DNA of 63,971 bases, filler included, from Octopus bimaculoides (GCF_001194135.2; 6 parts of 6 records of this genome joined end to end with filler, not necessarily neighbours in it), one strand, 5' to 3'; counted from the first letter of the whole stretch, positions 1 through 13,520 are shown. A program made the numbers and translations. The notes: generated by a model from the letters alone, not told the origin.

Positions 1-2799
1 TATATTCATATATACCTGTCCTTTTCTTATGAAAGATATTTCCCTGCTAGTCTTCAAACATGAATAACACATACAAATCTGTACATTTGTATGACTGATT
101 TCTGTTCACAATTTGCAAATGGTGTCAAAACAAGGAAACATAAACCCACCCACACATGTACCTGCATATATGTGTCTCTCCTTGTTATATGCATGTGTGT
201 ATATCGTTTGCTTATATGAAATAATGGATGCAAACAGCAATGAAAAAGAATTAAAAAAAATTTTAACTATCAGAAATTCAGTGAATCACTTCTAGGCCCA
301 TATGTAACCAACAACACTGCTTTTCACCAATTGTAATATATAAAAAATAAATATATAAATAATTTGATAACTAAATAAACTGGCAAAATGACTAAAAGTT
401 AAGGACATGAGCTATTGTTTAACAAAATAATAAACAGCTAGTATTGATGTATGAAGAAGAAACAAGTTAACGAAAACTGAGTAGATAGCCAGTGGTACAC
501 AAAAAAAAATGCACCAAAAGCAAACTAGCAAAACAGTTGCTATCATGTTGGTTAAATTAGAGAAATAGATGAAGTGATATTTGTATGTGATGAGAATTCA
601 TTTTGAGAATAGCAGAAACGGTGTTCTTAGCAAATCACAGCTGACAGTAGTCAGAATCAAAGTGGATCAATATACATAAGTGTGTGATGAGAATTGATGA
701 AAAAGTGGTCCAGATTAAGAGAATTAATCAGCCAAGTTAAAGTTAAATAAAAAAAAAATTTGAAGATGGGACTATTTCTTACTAAGCTGTAAAATGGACA
801 ATCTGTATGACAACAATAATTCAGTAATAGAGATAATTTTCTTTTGAACTGAAGAAAGGAAAGCTATTGGAATCTATGGATGGATAAAAAGTGGTCAAGA
901 ATATCACAACTGCTGTAATGGAGAATTTTATCAGAACTGGTTGTAATGTAATGCAACTGATGATTGATAAAGACAAAACTCAGCATAGCAACTGCAAATA
1001 AGAGTAAGAAAACAATGTAATTCTAAATTCAGTTTTCACAACTGAATTTACCATGGCTTGATTGAATAAAATAACCCTATGATTCTGTTAAAAGAATTTT
1101 TTTATCTGTGCCCCAACCCACAAAAAAAAGAAAAGTGGAAACTAATTATATCTATAAAATGAATTTAAAAAATAGAAATGAAATATATATGCATCTGACA
1201 AAGTCATTACAGAAATAATTAGCTCACACATACATACATACACTTGCAATATATATATATATATACATATAAGTAAATTCTCAACTATATTACATTTATC
1301 TTTAGAAAGAGATTCTTAAATCCAATTTCATCTTTGAGAGAGTTTTGAAACAATGAACAAAAATAAAATAAAATAGAAATAATGAAAAACTGTTGCAGAT
1401 AATTTTCTATTTCCTGAAAGAAGTCTGAGACAAAAACATGAAATGCAAATCGATGACTATCTTAAATTAAAGAAAGAAAGAGAATTGGACAGATTAGCAA
1501 AATGTTAGTGACAAGTGAAGGAAAAAGTAAATTCTTCTTTGTTAAAGTTAAATGAATAATAATGCAGGAGCTTAAAATGTAGCTAAAAGTATTAAAAGAC
1601 TGAAAAACTAGACAAACAAATATTTACGTATTTCTCTGAACAAAGTTTCAAGCAAATAATTTTAAATACTTAAAGACTTCTACTTCAAAATCTCCATGGA
1701 TGTTTTTAGATAGTCTTCTATATCCGGGACTCACTCATGACATAGCTTCTACATTCAATCTGATTGAAATAGCTGACAAACATCCCTCTAATTACAAACA
1801 TGTGTGTGCACGTCTACTTCTGCCATAAATAAGAATAGACACATTTGGAAACGTTATCCAAGATATGCTTCATAAAAAAAGACATTTGGAGTGAACATGA
1901 CTGGAATATCTTTCATAGTAGATCTGTTAATCAGTGTTGATCTTCACTTGAATAGTGAAAGCAACATGGTTGATACATTTGACAATGTTGTAGTCATTGA
2001 TGTACAAAAAAGAGAAAACAGTATGTCATAGCTGGAATGTATTTGATCATAGTTCTAGTTGCTCAAGACTAACCTGGGGTTAAACAACAAAAAACAAGTA
2101 TCCTGATATTTATTTCTTGTAGCTGCTTCCATATTTTGCAAAAAGAATTTTAAAAAATTTTTTTTTCCTCAAAAATCATAATGATGTTGCTCTTGTTATT
2201 CTGGCTCATCAATCTCACTTCCTTTATTTCTATATTTACTTAAGAGTCAAACTACCAGCATGAGGCATTCATGTATAGTAATGCCCTTATATAAATAAAT
2301 ATATTTTGGGGAATAAATGATGGATTTTTCCCTTATGAGGTTTTTTCACGCTAGCTATTTGATAAATTCTTATAAAAGAATTCATCCTATTATTGAATTT
2401 ACTTAAGAGTCAACAGCTGTTTGATTAGCTCATTTGTATTTTCGTCATCATTTATCATTAATAGTATGGACATTAAAGTACCATATAAAGTACTGGATAA
2501 CCAAAAGGTACTCCTTAGTTCAAAACATCTCAATAGTTTTGCACTATGTCTATGAACAAAACACTTAACTCCCAACAACTGAGACCACTTAGTTCAAAAG
2601 AGATACCATTGGAACGTACATGTAGTCCACTAGTGTAGACAGTAGCAAAATTGTAGGTGGTTAGCAAAATTGTAGGTTGCTGAGAACAAGAACAATGTCT
2701 CCCATGTCAAAGCTTAAAATTACAGAAACTAGAGCACTGTATCAGTTCTTTGGGTGCTTGTTCTCAAGAAGAAAAGATCTATCATCATTATTATTTAAG

Positions 2800-3125
2800 G
2801 TGACAAGCTGGCAGAATCATTAACAGCGTTTCACCAATTTTTACATTCTGAGTTCAAGCTCCACCAAGCTCAACTTTGCCTTTCATCATTTCAGGGTCGA
2901 TAAAATAAGTACCAATTGAGCAACTGTGGTTGATGTAATTGACTTTACCAATTCCCAAAAGATGCTGACCTTGTGCCAAAATTTGAAGCTATAATTATCA
3001 TAATTATTTATGGTGCCAAGCTAGTAGAATCATTAACATGCTGGACAAAACGCTTAGCAGCATTTCATCTATCCTTACATTCTGAGTTCATATTCTGCCA
3101 AGGTCACCTTTCTCTTTCATTTGTA
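2800..3125 (+). mobile_element. Two tandem SINE family B copies in plus orientation
   Basis: GCTGGCAGAATCATTAAC...CTGAGTTCA...TTGCCTTTCATC, twice. Weaker copies at about 3180 and 3600-3750; another plus pair at about 22330-22690. Confidence 0.8.
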
Positions 3126-5589
3126 AATAAATAAATTGTAAAATTGGAGGAATGAAAGTGTGTTTCATGGGCTTTCATTTTACATTTTTACATTCTGTAT
3201 TCAAATGTCACAGAAGTGTATGTTTTCACTCATCCCTCAGATCACAATTAAATAGACATCAGTCATTGTGATTGATTCAGTTAAATAAGCTTTAGTCAGT
3301 TAAGAAAGTCATATATTGTGATTGACTGATTTAATTATAAATGGAGTCAATTAAATGAGCATTAGTCATGTACTATTGTGGACTTAATTGACTATAAGTA
3401 TAGTCCATCAATTAAATAAGATTATCCACATATTGTAGTCAATATAATTGATTCTAACTCTCACAAGATTATGGCCATGAAGCAAAGCTAGATATTATCA
3501 GAATAGAAACAATAATGGCAACCACATTTTCTTTACCTTATAACCAGTAAATAAAAACTATTGGAATGGAATTTTTAGGGTGTGAGTTAAAATGACTTAC
3601 AGCATTTAGTCGCATACCTTTTATTTTTGAGATAAAATCCTAATTTAGCCTTTCATCTTCCTGGTATTGAGAAAATAAGTACCAGTTGAGTGCTAAAGTT
3701 GATCTATTTCACCATTCTCATTCCATAAATAAATAGACTTGTGCCTATGTCGGAAATCAACATTACAATCAATATTTTACGCAGTCAGTCATAATTCAGT
3801 TTTTATATTTTATCTTAACATGGATTGTTTTTTTACATGTAATGCAGGTTTTCCTAATTCTAATCTTATATTCCTTATTTATATTGTTTTTTTCTTTCCA
3901 TTTTGATTTCTTTCAAGTATTTGAATGTTCATGTCATTTTCTTTTTTTTTTAAATTTTATATTCAATAATCTGTCAAATTTGAAGATTAACATTTTATAC
4001 CTGTCAAAAGAAATGACTGGACAAGCATTAGGTAAGGCTGACAAATATAAAAGAATATTAGTGATTTTGGTAATTTTTTTATATTTTGAAAAATCAACAT
4101 CTGTCTTCAGTTTCATTGTCAGAATGTTCTGCTTATTCATCTACAGACACTTTAAGGGAACTAGCTAACAAAGAACTTAATATTGTAACATGTCATGTGT
4201 CTGATACTGAAGCAATTTTCTATTTGTTGAACAAATTTCCAACTTAAAGAGAAATTTTACACAGATTTAGCTATTCCTCTATTGAAATGGAGAATAAAGT
4301 TTATGATTCAATTAAATTGATGGAGAAATTACACAATTATATGGAAAGTGAAAGTACCTCCCTCTTTTACTAACACTACTGTGAACATATGTTATACTAT
4401 AAAAATAGGCTATACTATTCTATATAAATGCTGATCTTCTTTCTGGAGAGAAGAGAAAATTGATCTGAGAAATTCACATAAAATTTAGATTTTATTTTCC
4501 AAATTTAATACACTGATATATCAAAATAAAGGCTAGACAGGAATTATGGAAGAATAAATTTGGCATAATGTTATTGTGACTTATAGTGATAGTAATTTCT
4601 TTATTAGCCACAAGGGTCTGAATATACTTACCTATCATACTAAAGAATTAAAACACATATGGGGTTGTATACACACAAAAAGCTCACTTTGCAACCATGT
4701 GGTTTCAGGTTCAGTCCCACTGTGCAGCACCTTGGGCAAGTGTCTTCTACTATATAGCCACGAGCTGACCAATGCCTTGTGAATAGATCTAGTAGACAGA
4801 AATTATGTTGAAGCCCAGTGTGTGTGTATATATATATAAAAACATATATATATATATATCATCATCATCATCATTCATCACTTTAATGTTCAGTTTTCCA
4901 TGCTTGCTTAGGTCACATGGAGTTTATTGAGGCAGATTACTGTTAATTTTGATGCTTATTTATTTACATTGTCTTGAATTCATCATGTATTACCTCATAG
5001 CTTCAAAATTTCTATAATTTGATTGCTTATTTTTAGAATGACACTATAGACTAAGTGTGAGAGACTGAATGTGGCCAATTTCGTTATAAAACAAGTAGAA
5101 TACTTTGGCTAGATATGGCCAGTTTAAATGTTAAAGGGTTAAGTCTGCATATTTTGCCATTTTGTTTTCTTTTCTATTTCTCAAAATGTAACTATTTGTG
5201 TGTATAACTGTATTTAGTTGGGCAATTATCATTTCGCTTCTTTTCCTTAAATCTGTCTTTATGCTTGCAAAACTTTAGGGAGAGTATATTCACTTCAACT
5301 GTTATTGTGGCAAGAATCTCCTTAAGCTATCACTCTGTGATAGCTAGAGGCCACATTGAAACATGAGTAAACAAAGCAAGATGAATTTTTTTGCAGAAAT
5401 ATATAATAAAAATGTCTGAGAATGGAACTTCTTTTCCAGCCAAACAATGAGGGTGGCAGTCAAAATATCCTGAAGCTCTTTGTTAATTAAAAAGGAGAAA
5501 CGCGAAGACACTTTTTGCCTCTAAGTAATTCTAGAAGAATATCTTCTAAGTAGATCCCTACAAAATTTCTGTATCTATGAAAAGCAACA

Positions 5590-8045
5590 ACAATGAGTAT
5601 TATTAATGTGGTGTGGAGAATAGTGGATTATATTAACCCCATTACTTTATTTTATCAAATCTGGAGGGAAATAAGAAGCAAAGTTCACCTTGGTAGGATC
5701 TGAACACAGAATGTAAATAATCAGAATGAATGTTGCCAGACATTTTTCAACAATTCTATCAATCTGCCTAATGATTCTATCAATCCATTAGTCTGTCAAT
5801 TACTTCTAGTAAAGATACATGGGCTGAAATTTGAGAAGGTGGTTAATCAATTAAATCATCCCAGTATTTGATTAGTACTTTATTTCATTAGTCCCAGAGA
5901 AATTAAAAGGCAAAGTTTGACCTTAGTAGGATTTGAAACCAGAATACAGTAAGCCAGAAGACATAAGCAAAGCAGTTTGTCTAATAATTTAATTATTCTG
6001 TTAATCAATGGTTTCAAATTTTAGCACAAAGCCAGTAATGTCGGGAGAGTGCTTAACTCCAAAAGAATGAAAGGTAAAAATCAAACTCTAAGGAATTTGA
6101 ACTCAGAACATGAAGACAGATGAAATGCCACTAAGCATTTTGCCTGGATATGCTAACGACTCTTCCAGCTTACCATCTTTAGTTGTCCTAGTAACAATAA
6201 TAATTCTTTCTAGTGTAGGCATAAGGGCTGAAATTTTGTAGGGAAAGGACAAGTTGATTACATTGACCCAATGGCTACACTGGTATTTATTTCATTAGCC
6301 ATGAAAGGACTGAAGGCAAAGTCAACCTTGGTGGAATTTGAACTCAGATCATAAAGATGGACAAAATGCTGCAAAACATTTTGTTCAGTCTGCTAACAAT
6401 TCTGCTAGCTCACTGCCTTTTTATAACTAGTAATAAAAATAATCCATTCTGCTATAGACACAAAGCCTAAAATTTGGTGGGTGAAGATAGGGCTAGTTGA
6501 CCACATCATCTGCAGTCTGCACTGGATTAGCCATTAAACAAAATATGCACATGCTTAGGGCATCAAAGGCAGTGGGGCACTACAGAAATGGTAAATGGTT
6601 TACAGTACAAAAAAATTGCTTTAAACTTGCTAAAAAATTATTCGGGGTGCCTTATCTCTACTTAGTATAGAAGCAAATGTGTTATGTGAGATTAATTTTC
6701 AGGAGCTGATCAAAGACTTCAATTAACAAAAGTGGAAGAAAAGTTTTCAAATATAAGTAAAGTGAAAGTACACAAAAATAAACATTATTTTACGTCTTAC
6801 TGTTAGGTTTGATTCGTTTTGAAAAATAAAAACTTATACTGTTTATTATTGTTTATTATTTCTTTATTGCCCACAAGAGGCTAAACATAGAGACAAACAA
6901 GGACAGACAAAGGGATTAAGTCGATTACATCAACCCCAGTGTGTAACTGGTAATTATTTAATTGACCTTGAAAGGATGAAGGGCTAAGTTGACCTTGGCA
7001 GAATTTGAACTCAGAACGTAGCAGCAGACGAAATACTGTCAAGCATTTCGCCTGGTGTGCTAACGATTCTGCCAGCTCGCTGCCTTTAATTATTGTTTTA
7101 TTATTGTTTATGCTTTGAATTCCATATGTATGGGGACACCAAAAGTGCATAGGACCTCTATGGGTCTTAATCCAGTTCTGTCTGCAGTGATCTATTGTTA
7201 CTTATTTCATTGACCCCGCAAAAGGCTGAAAGACAAAGTCGGGTTTGATGGAATTTTGAACTCCCTACATAAAGCCAGAAGAAATGCTGTATGCACTTTG
7301 TCTGGTATGCCAAAAATTCTGCCAGCTTGCCACCATACTGATAACAATAATTATCCTTTCTACAATAGACTCAAGGCCTGAAATTTTGACAACAGTATGC
7401 AAGTAGTACCTTTTACTATTAACTCTGAAAGGATGAAAGGCAAAGTCACCTCCTGTAGAATTTGAACTCAGAATGTCAATCATCATCATCATCGTTTAAT
7501 GTCCGCTTTCCATGTTAGCATGAGTTGGACGATTTGATTGAGGACTGGCGAACCAGATGGCTGCACCAGGCTCCAATCTGATCTGACAGAGTTTCTATAG
7601 CTAGATGCCCTTCCTAACACCAACCACTCCGAGAGTGGAATAATAATAATAATAATAATAATCCTTTCTACTATAGGCACAAGGTCTGAAATTTTGGGGA
7701 AGGGGACCAGTCGATTACATCAACCTCAGTGATTGACTAGTATTTTGTTTTTGAGCCCAAAAGGATGAAAAGCAAAGTTGACCTCAGAAGAATTTGAACT
7801 CAGAACATAATGATGGGCAAAATGCCACTAAGCATTTTGTCCAACATGCAAATAATTCTGCCAGCTAACTGCCTTGATAATAATAATAGTAATAATAATT
7901 GATTCTGGTTTCAAATTTTGCAATAAGGGCAGCAATTTTGGAGTAGGGTGGGGAGGTCACTTTCATTGACCTCAGTCTTTTACTGGTATTAAATCTATTG
8001 AACCTGAAAGGATGAAAGGATGATTTTGCCAGCTCGCAGCCTTGA
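5590..8045 (-). repeat. Head-to-tail pile-up of about 10 tRNA-derived SINE family B copies
   Basis: Recurring GGATGAAAGGCAAAGT..ACCT..G..GAATTTGAACTCAGAA...GCCAGCTC (reverse complement of a B-box head) near 5700, 5935, 6100, 6340, 7005, 7255, 7460 and 7795, plus headless copies, separated by (AAT)n. Confidence 0.85.
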
Positions 8046-8289
8046 TAATAATAATAATAATAATAAAAGTGATATTTGATTCTCTAGAATATTATGCAAA
8101 TGCATATCAATAAAGAGCCATTATTTTAAGCTAACTAAGCTTCTTTACTGGAATTCAGGTCTTGTACATTAATTTCTGGAGCTTACCTAAATACTATTTT
8201 GGCAAACAAGGTAGAAATTCTCTCTAAATATAAATTCATTGAGATTGAATGATACAAATAGGAAATATAGACACAAGAATAGGTCCAGC

Positions 8290-8430
8290 TGTTATAGGTT
8301 GAGAAGAAGTTGTGAAGTAGGATACAGGAAAGACTCAAAGAACTACTTGGGAGATCTTCAAAAGGTGAAATCCAGAAAATGCTGCTTCCAGAAAGTGCTA
8401 ATATTCTGCATAAAACTCTTAATTTAAGTA
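8290..8430 (+). mobile_element. Old R4/Dong-like LINE C-terminal remnant
   Basis: One frame reads EIQKMLLPESANILHKTLNL, resembling the EIQK.AL.GTA.ILRK.L terminus of this clade. Heavily decayed. Confidence 0.5.
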
Positions 8431-9512
8431 AAGGAAAGAAAAGCTTATTATGAAATCTATTCTACAATAGAAATGTTCTGGTAGAGTATGTGAATTTTTA
8501 ATGACAGTTTAATTGTGATGGTGATAAAGATTAAAATGAGGATAATGATGACAATCATGATTTTGATGACAATAATTATGAAGTGTATTAAAATCACGTA
8601 AAAGCTTAAATGAAGACATTATCTGAAATGTGTACCAGATGGTAAATATTACACATTTTAAACATTACCATGATGTATAATTTATTGTAAATGGACAAAT
8701 TAAACAAATGACTTTTGTCTCCTCATGAGCATAAAAAGACAGATTAACTGAACATGTCTTGGTTTTAAATGTGTCTTGTTTAAAAGCCATGCACCAACTC
8801 CATCAATCCATACAGAGCATTATAGCTTATAATGATTAATAACTATAATATTATTATGACTTTGCTAACTTGGTTAGTCCAATTTGAGTATTAGTACTTT
8901 GTTAGCAATGTGGCCAATTAATTAATTAATTAATTAAGCACTAAACTGCACATTGCATTATGTGAAATGTGTGATATAACATATGCTGCCAAATATAAGC
9001 AAATGGCTTTTCTATCTGTCTTCATGGATAGAGAAAGAGAGATTATCCAGATTGGTTTCACCTCTATTGTAGTCTTCATCAAAGACTACATAACCATCAT
9101 TAAACATTCACTTTCCATGCTGACATGAGTTGAATGGTTTGACATGGGGCTGGCTAGCAGAAAGCTCTCCAGACTCCAGCTGCCTGTTGAGGCATGGTTC
9201 CTACAGCTGGATGGCCTTCCAAATGCCAACCACTAAACAGAGTGTGCTGGGTGCTTTTTACATGCCACCAGCATGGGTGCCTTTATGCAACACTAGCACA
9301 GGTGCATTAATATGGCAACAGCATCATGCCAAATAAGTAAGTAATAATAAAGAAGATATTTTCTTACATTTGTTTATATTAATAGATTACGTAATGTCTA
9401 AATTTTTTATGTTTCTTATGCTTAGTTTAGCCATCACTCACTAGTGAATATAAACTGGTTGCTTATACCATGTTTTGCAAATTGTTCAGGGTACCTGTGT
9501 AGTTTCAAGCAG

Positions 9513-9916
9513 GAGTGGCTGTGTGGTAAGTAGCTTGCTTACCAACCACATGGTTCCAGGTTCATTCCCACTGTGTGGCACCTTGGGCAAGTGTCTTCTA
9601 CTATAACCTCGGGCCGACCAAAGCCTTGTGAGTAGATTTGGTAGACAGAAACTGAAAGAAGCCCATCGTATATATATATATATATGTATGTATGTGTGTG
9701 AATATGTTTGTGTGTCTGTGTTTGTCCCCCCAACATTGCTTGACAACCGATGATAGTGTATTTATGTCCCCGTAACTTAGCGGTTCGGCAAAAGAGACCG
9801 ATAGAATAAGTACTAGGCTTACAAAGAATAAGTCCTGGGGTCGATTTGCTAGACTAAAGGCGGTACTCCAGCATGGTCACAGTCACATGACTGAAACAAG
9901 TAAAAAGAGCAGAGAG
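9513..9916 (+). mobile_element. tRNA-derived SINE family A, near-complete young copy
   Basis: A-box-like TGGCTGTGTGG, B-box-like GGTTCATTCCC, body GGCACCTTGGGCAAGTGTCTTCTACTATA, internal (TA)/(TG) tract, tail AACAAGTAAAAAGAG. Near-identical copies at 35477 and 43051. Confidence 0.9.
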
Positions 9917-10306
9917 TATTAATAGATTACGTAATGTCTAAATTTTTTTGATTTTCATACTTAGCTTAGCTTAGCCATCAGTCACTAGTGAATATAACCT
10001 GGTTGCTTATACCATGTTTTGCAAATTGTTTAGGGTACCTATGTAGTTGCAAGCAGACATTGGCACCTTCCCAGCCCTTCCAATCTTAATGGAAAATCAA
10101 GTGTGTGGCAGATGGAAGGAAAGATAACTGCCCAACTCTACCAACATTTGGCAGCTAGTACTCATTTTCAGCAAACAAAGTAGACCAGTGAAATGTAGAG
10201 CCCTACTCAAGAACACAACACATCACTCAGTTCCAGAATTGAACTCATGATCTTATGATAGTGAACCAAATATCCTTATCATTAGGCCATTATATATACC
10301 TTAATA

Positions 10307-10527
10307 CATCATCATCATCAATATCATCATCATCGTTTAACGTCCGTTTTCCATGCTGGCATGGGTTGGACGGTTTGACTGAGGTCTGGAGAGCCAGTAG
10401 TTGCACCAGGCTCCAATCTGATTTGGCAGAGTTTCTACAGATGGATGCCCTTCCTAATGCCAACCACTCTGAGAGTGTAGTGGGTGCTTTTTTACATGCC
10501 ACTGGCACAGGAGTCAGGCAGGCCTGC
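10307..10527 (-). mobile_element. SINE family C with RTE-type (GAT)n tail
   Basis: CATCATCATCGTTTAACGTCCGTTTTCCATGCTGGCATGGGTTGGACGG...GATGCCCTTCCTAATGCCAACCACT. Other minus copies at about 7481-7638, 9095-9330, 19818-20050, 20391-20760 and 50305-50450. Confidence 0.85.
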
Positions 10528-11677
10528 ATCATTCACGTACAGACAGACACACACACACACACACATATATGTATATATNNNNNNNNNNNNNNNNNNNNNN
10601 NNNNNNNNNNNNNNNNNNNNNNNNNNNNNNNNNNNNNNNNNNNNNNNNNNNNNNNNNNNNNNNNNNNNNNNNNNNNNNNNNNNNNNNNNNNNNNNNNNNN
10701 NNNNNNNNNNNNNNNNNNNNNNNNNNNNNNNNNNNNNNNNNNNNNNNNNNNNNNNNNNNNNNNNNNNNNNNNNNNNNNNNNNNNNNNNNNNNNNNNNNNN
10801 NNNNNNNNNNNNNNNNNNNNNNNNNNNNNNNNNNNNNNNNNNNNNNNNNNNNNNNNNNNNNNNNNNNNNNNNNNNNNNNNNNNNNNNNNNNNNNNNNNNN
10901 NNNNNNNNNNNNNNNNNNNNNNNNNNNNNNNNNNNNNNNNNNNNNNNNNNNNNNNNNNNNNNNNNNNNNNNNNNNNNNNNNNNNNNNNNNNNNNNNNNNN
11001 NNNNNNNNNNNNNNNNNNNNNNNNNNNNNNNNNNNNNNNNNNNNNNNNNNNNNNNNNNNNNNNNNNNNNNNNNNNNNNNNNNNNNNNNNNNNNNNNNNNN
11101 NNNNNNNNNNNNNNNNNNNNNNNNNNNNNNNNNNNNNNNNNNNNNNNNNNNNNNNNNNNNNNNNNNNNNNNNNNNNNNNNNNNNNNNNNNNNNNNNNNNN
11201 NNNNNNNNNNNNNNNNNNNNNNNNNNNNNNNNNNNNNNNNNNNNNNNNNNNNNNNNNNNNNNNNNNNNNNNNNNNNNNNNNNNNNNNNNNNNNNNNNNNN
11301 NNNNNNNNNNNNNNNNNNNNNNNNNNNNNNNNNNNNNNNNNNNNNNNNNNNNNNNNNNNNNNNNNNNNNNNNNNNNNNNNNNNNNNNNNNNNNNNNNNNN
11401 NNNNNNNNNNNNNNNNNNNNNNNNNCAGCTACACTTTCAGTGCACCCACCCCCACTACTAACTTGGTCGCCCAGATAGCGGAAGCTATCGACTACCTCTA
11501 GTTTTTCACCCTGGAATGAGATAGAAGTTGTTTCCTGTTTGTTTACAGTCTTTATTGCACCTAAACATCTGCCACAAACAAAAACTAACTTGCTAGTTAA
11601 CCTGCCTTTGATGTTGCTGCACCTCTTATGTGTCCATAGCTTGCACCGGGTACATCTTATAGAGTTACTACCTACTC

Positions 11678-11714
<37 letters not shown>

Positions 11715-13045
11715 TCCAGTTATACATGCTTTTTTGTGCATCATTAATTAATTAATTAACAAGGACATTGTCAATTCAATAAATACAATTTTCAACTCAA
11801 TGCTTTTCAAATTTATAGATTTATAACCATTTTCAAGGATTGCTATTTCTGGATTCATCCTTTTAAAGCCTTCAATTTCTTATAAAATAACATGAAAAAG
11901 AAATTCCTCTAAAAACTAATAAGATTGATTCCTTGCTATTATATTGTTAACTGCTTCACTAACATTTGTTTTGCAATAGTTTGCTATAAATAATGTAGCA
12001 TGCTATATGAACTTCCTGAGGCATCAGAAGAAGATAGTGAGACAGGCATTTCTAATATAGTTGATATTGAACCAAGATGTAAATTATTGTATAAAAAAAT
12101 AAACAAAATTCTGACATTTTTCAATCAATTAAATCTAGGGATAAATATGTTAGAACATAGGATTATAAACTGCAGTCAGTAAAAACCATAAGTGTTCATT
12201 TCAGAACTAGCTCTCCCGGGGAACTTTGAGAGGTGGATGAATAAATTTGTTTCTACAACACAATAAAAAGCCTTCGATAAACATTTGGAATTTGCAGAAA
12301 GAAGCAAGGATGAAGAAAGATAAAAATTGAACTAATCATTACAGTGGTTAGATTATTATTGTAAATAGTTTTATTATCAAAATAGCTATTCATAGTCCGT
12401 AGCAGTCTTGATGCTAACATTGCTATTACTTCAGTAAATAAGGTCAAGAGACAAGTTCATACAAATGATCAATCATTTTCCTATGAATTAAAAATGGCTT
12501 TATAATTTAAATTAGAAGAGGAAATTTGCATGGCAGCAACGTATTTACAACTAAAATAACAGAAGGGTAAGATAAATATGATTTACTGAATGAATTAAGA
12601 AAATGACTGGAATTTAAACATCTTTGAAAATACAATGGAAAAGAATGAAGTGATAAGCATATGCAGTGAAAATAGATACAGATGAATGAAGGAAATGCTA
12701 TGAGCTGTTTGCAGATAGCCAGATTAGTAACAAGTGAAATGTGACCAGAATATGTAATGAGAAAGAATGTTAAGATGTATGGAAGCAGATGTTAGTCAAA
12801 GGAAAAGTAGGTCAGTATAATATGGACATATGATGGGAATCAATACAAATAACTATATAGACAACTGGTAAATATTACTTATGGATATGAAGAAAATAAT
12901 GAACTGATGAGTAGTGGGAAGTCAGATAGAAAATACAATTTCAGAATAGAATGACAGAAATCTGAACAGCCATGAAATTAATTTTACTATGGGAGTATTG
13001 AATAAAATTTTAATAGTGTGAACAAAAATTATTTGGATATTAAAA

Positions 13046-13110
13046 AATATTCTTCCTCCAAATGTCATGAGGCCAGACAAAAATGTTAACATAATGTAGT
13101 CTTGCTTATT
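13046..13110 (-). pseudogene. Decayed partial duplicate of the FRMPD4-like exon at 14212-14431
   Basis: attcttcctccaaatgtcatgaggccagacaaaaatgttaacataatgtagtcttgctt aligns to attcttcctccgaatgtcatgaggtcagacaaaattttaatataatgtagccgtgctt (about 14232-14288), same orientation, with a 1-nt insertion. The matching donor site is lost. Confidence 0.8.
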
Positions 13111-13296
13111 CCCAGTTCAACTGTTGATCTTCTATAATGCATAAGTGAGACCCAAAATAAAATAATGTTTTTATATCTGTGAGGTGTTGGCTACATTCAC
13201 AGACACCACAAACTGCTTCAACAAAACAAACAAACAAAAACAAACATTTCATTGATTGGCATAAAATTACTCCAACTTTTTACCTGTAGATGTACA

Positions 13297-13520
13297 GTTT
13301 CTTATTGCTTTATTGCCCACAAGGGGCTACGCACAAAGGAGACAAACAAAGGGGTGAAGTTAATTACATTGACCCCAGTGCATAAATGGTACTTTACTTA
13401 TCGACCCTGAAAGGATGAAAGGCAAAGTCAACCCTGGCGGAATTTGAACTCAGAACGTAATGGCAGACGAAATACCGGTAAGCATTTCACCCGGCACGCT
13501 AACGTTTCTGCCAGCTCACC
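13297..13520 (-). mobile_element. SINE family B, single copy with 11-bp target-site duplication
   Basis: GTAGATGTACA at 13286-13296 and 13521-13531. Another minus copy at about 30640-30860. Confidence 0.9.

Noticed and set aside
560-1010. Purine-rich tracts resembling decayed RTE-LINE 3' ends (also 12560-12960)
   Set aside because: Motifs are too eroded to support a call.
1690-2025. Frame-shifted coding-looking stretch (WMFLDSLLYPG...MTGISFIVDLL...)
   Set aside because: Contains stops and I recognise no family; possibly an ancient transposon remnant, but unsupported.
3999-4035. 37-nt AG/GT-bounded segment on the minus strand as the next FRMPD4 exon
   Set aside because: No frame resembles the expected FERM-C sequence (LLVGP.YG).
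9486-9746. Recurrent ORFs such as MSSNVGGTNTDTQTY, also at 34071, 35510 and 43221
   Set aside because: Antisense translations of SINE family A, not a protein family.
10255-11501. Long ORFs in the track (also about 28.7-29.3, 39.3-40.4, 53.3-54.2, 57.2-57.7, 59.1-60.1 and 62.3-62.7 kb)
   Set aside because: They are open only because they run through N gaps and microsatellites (poly-X, CVCV, IYIY, HTHT).
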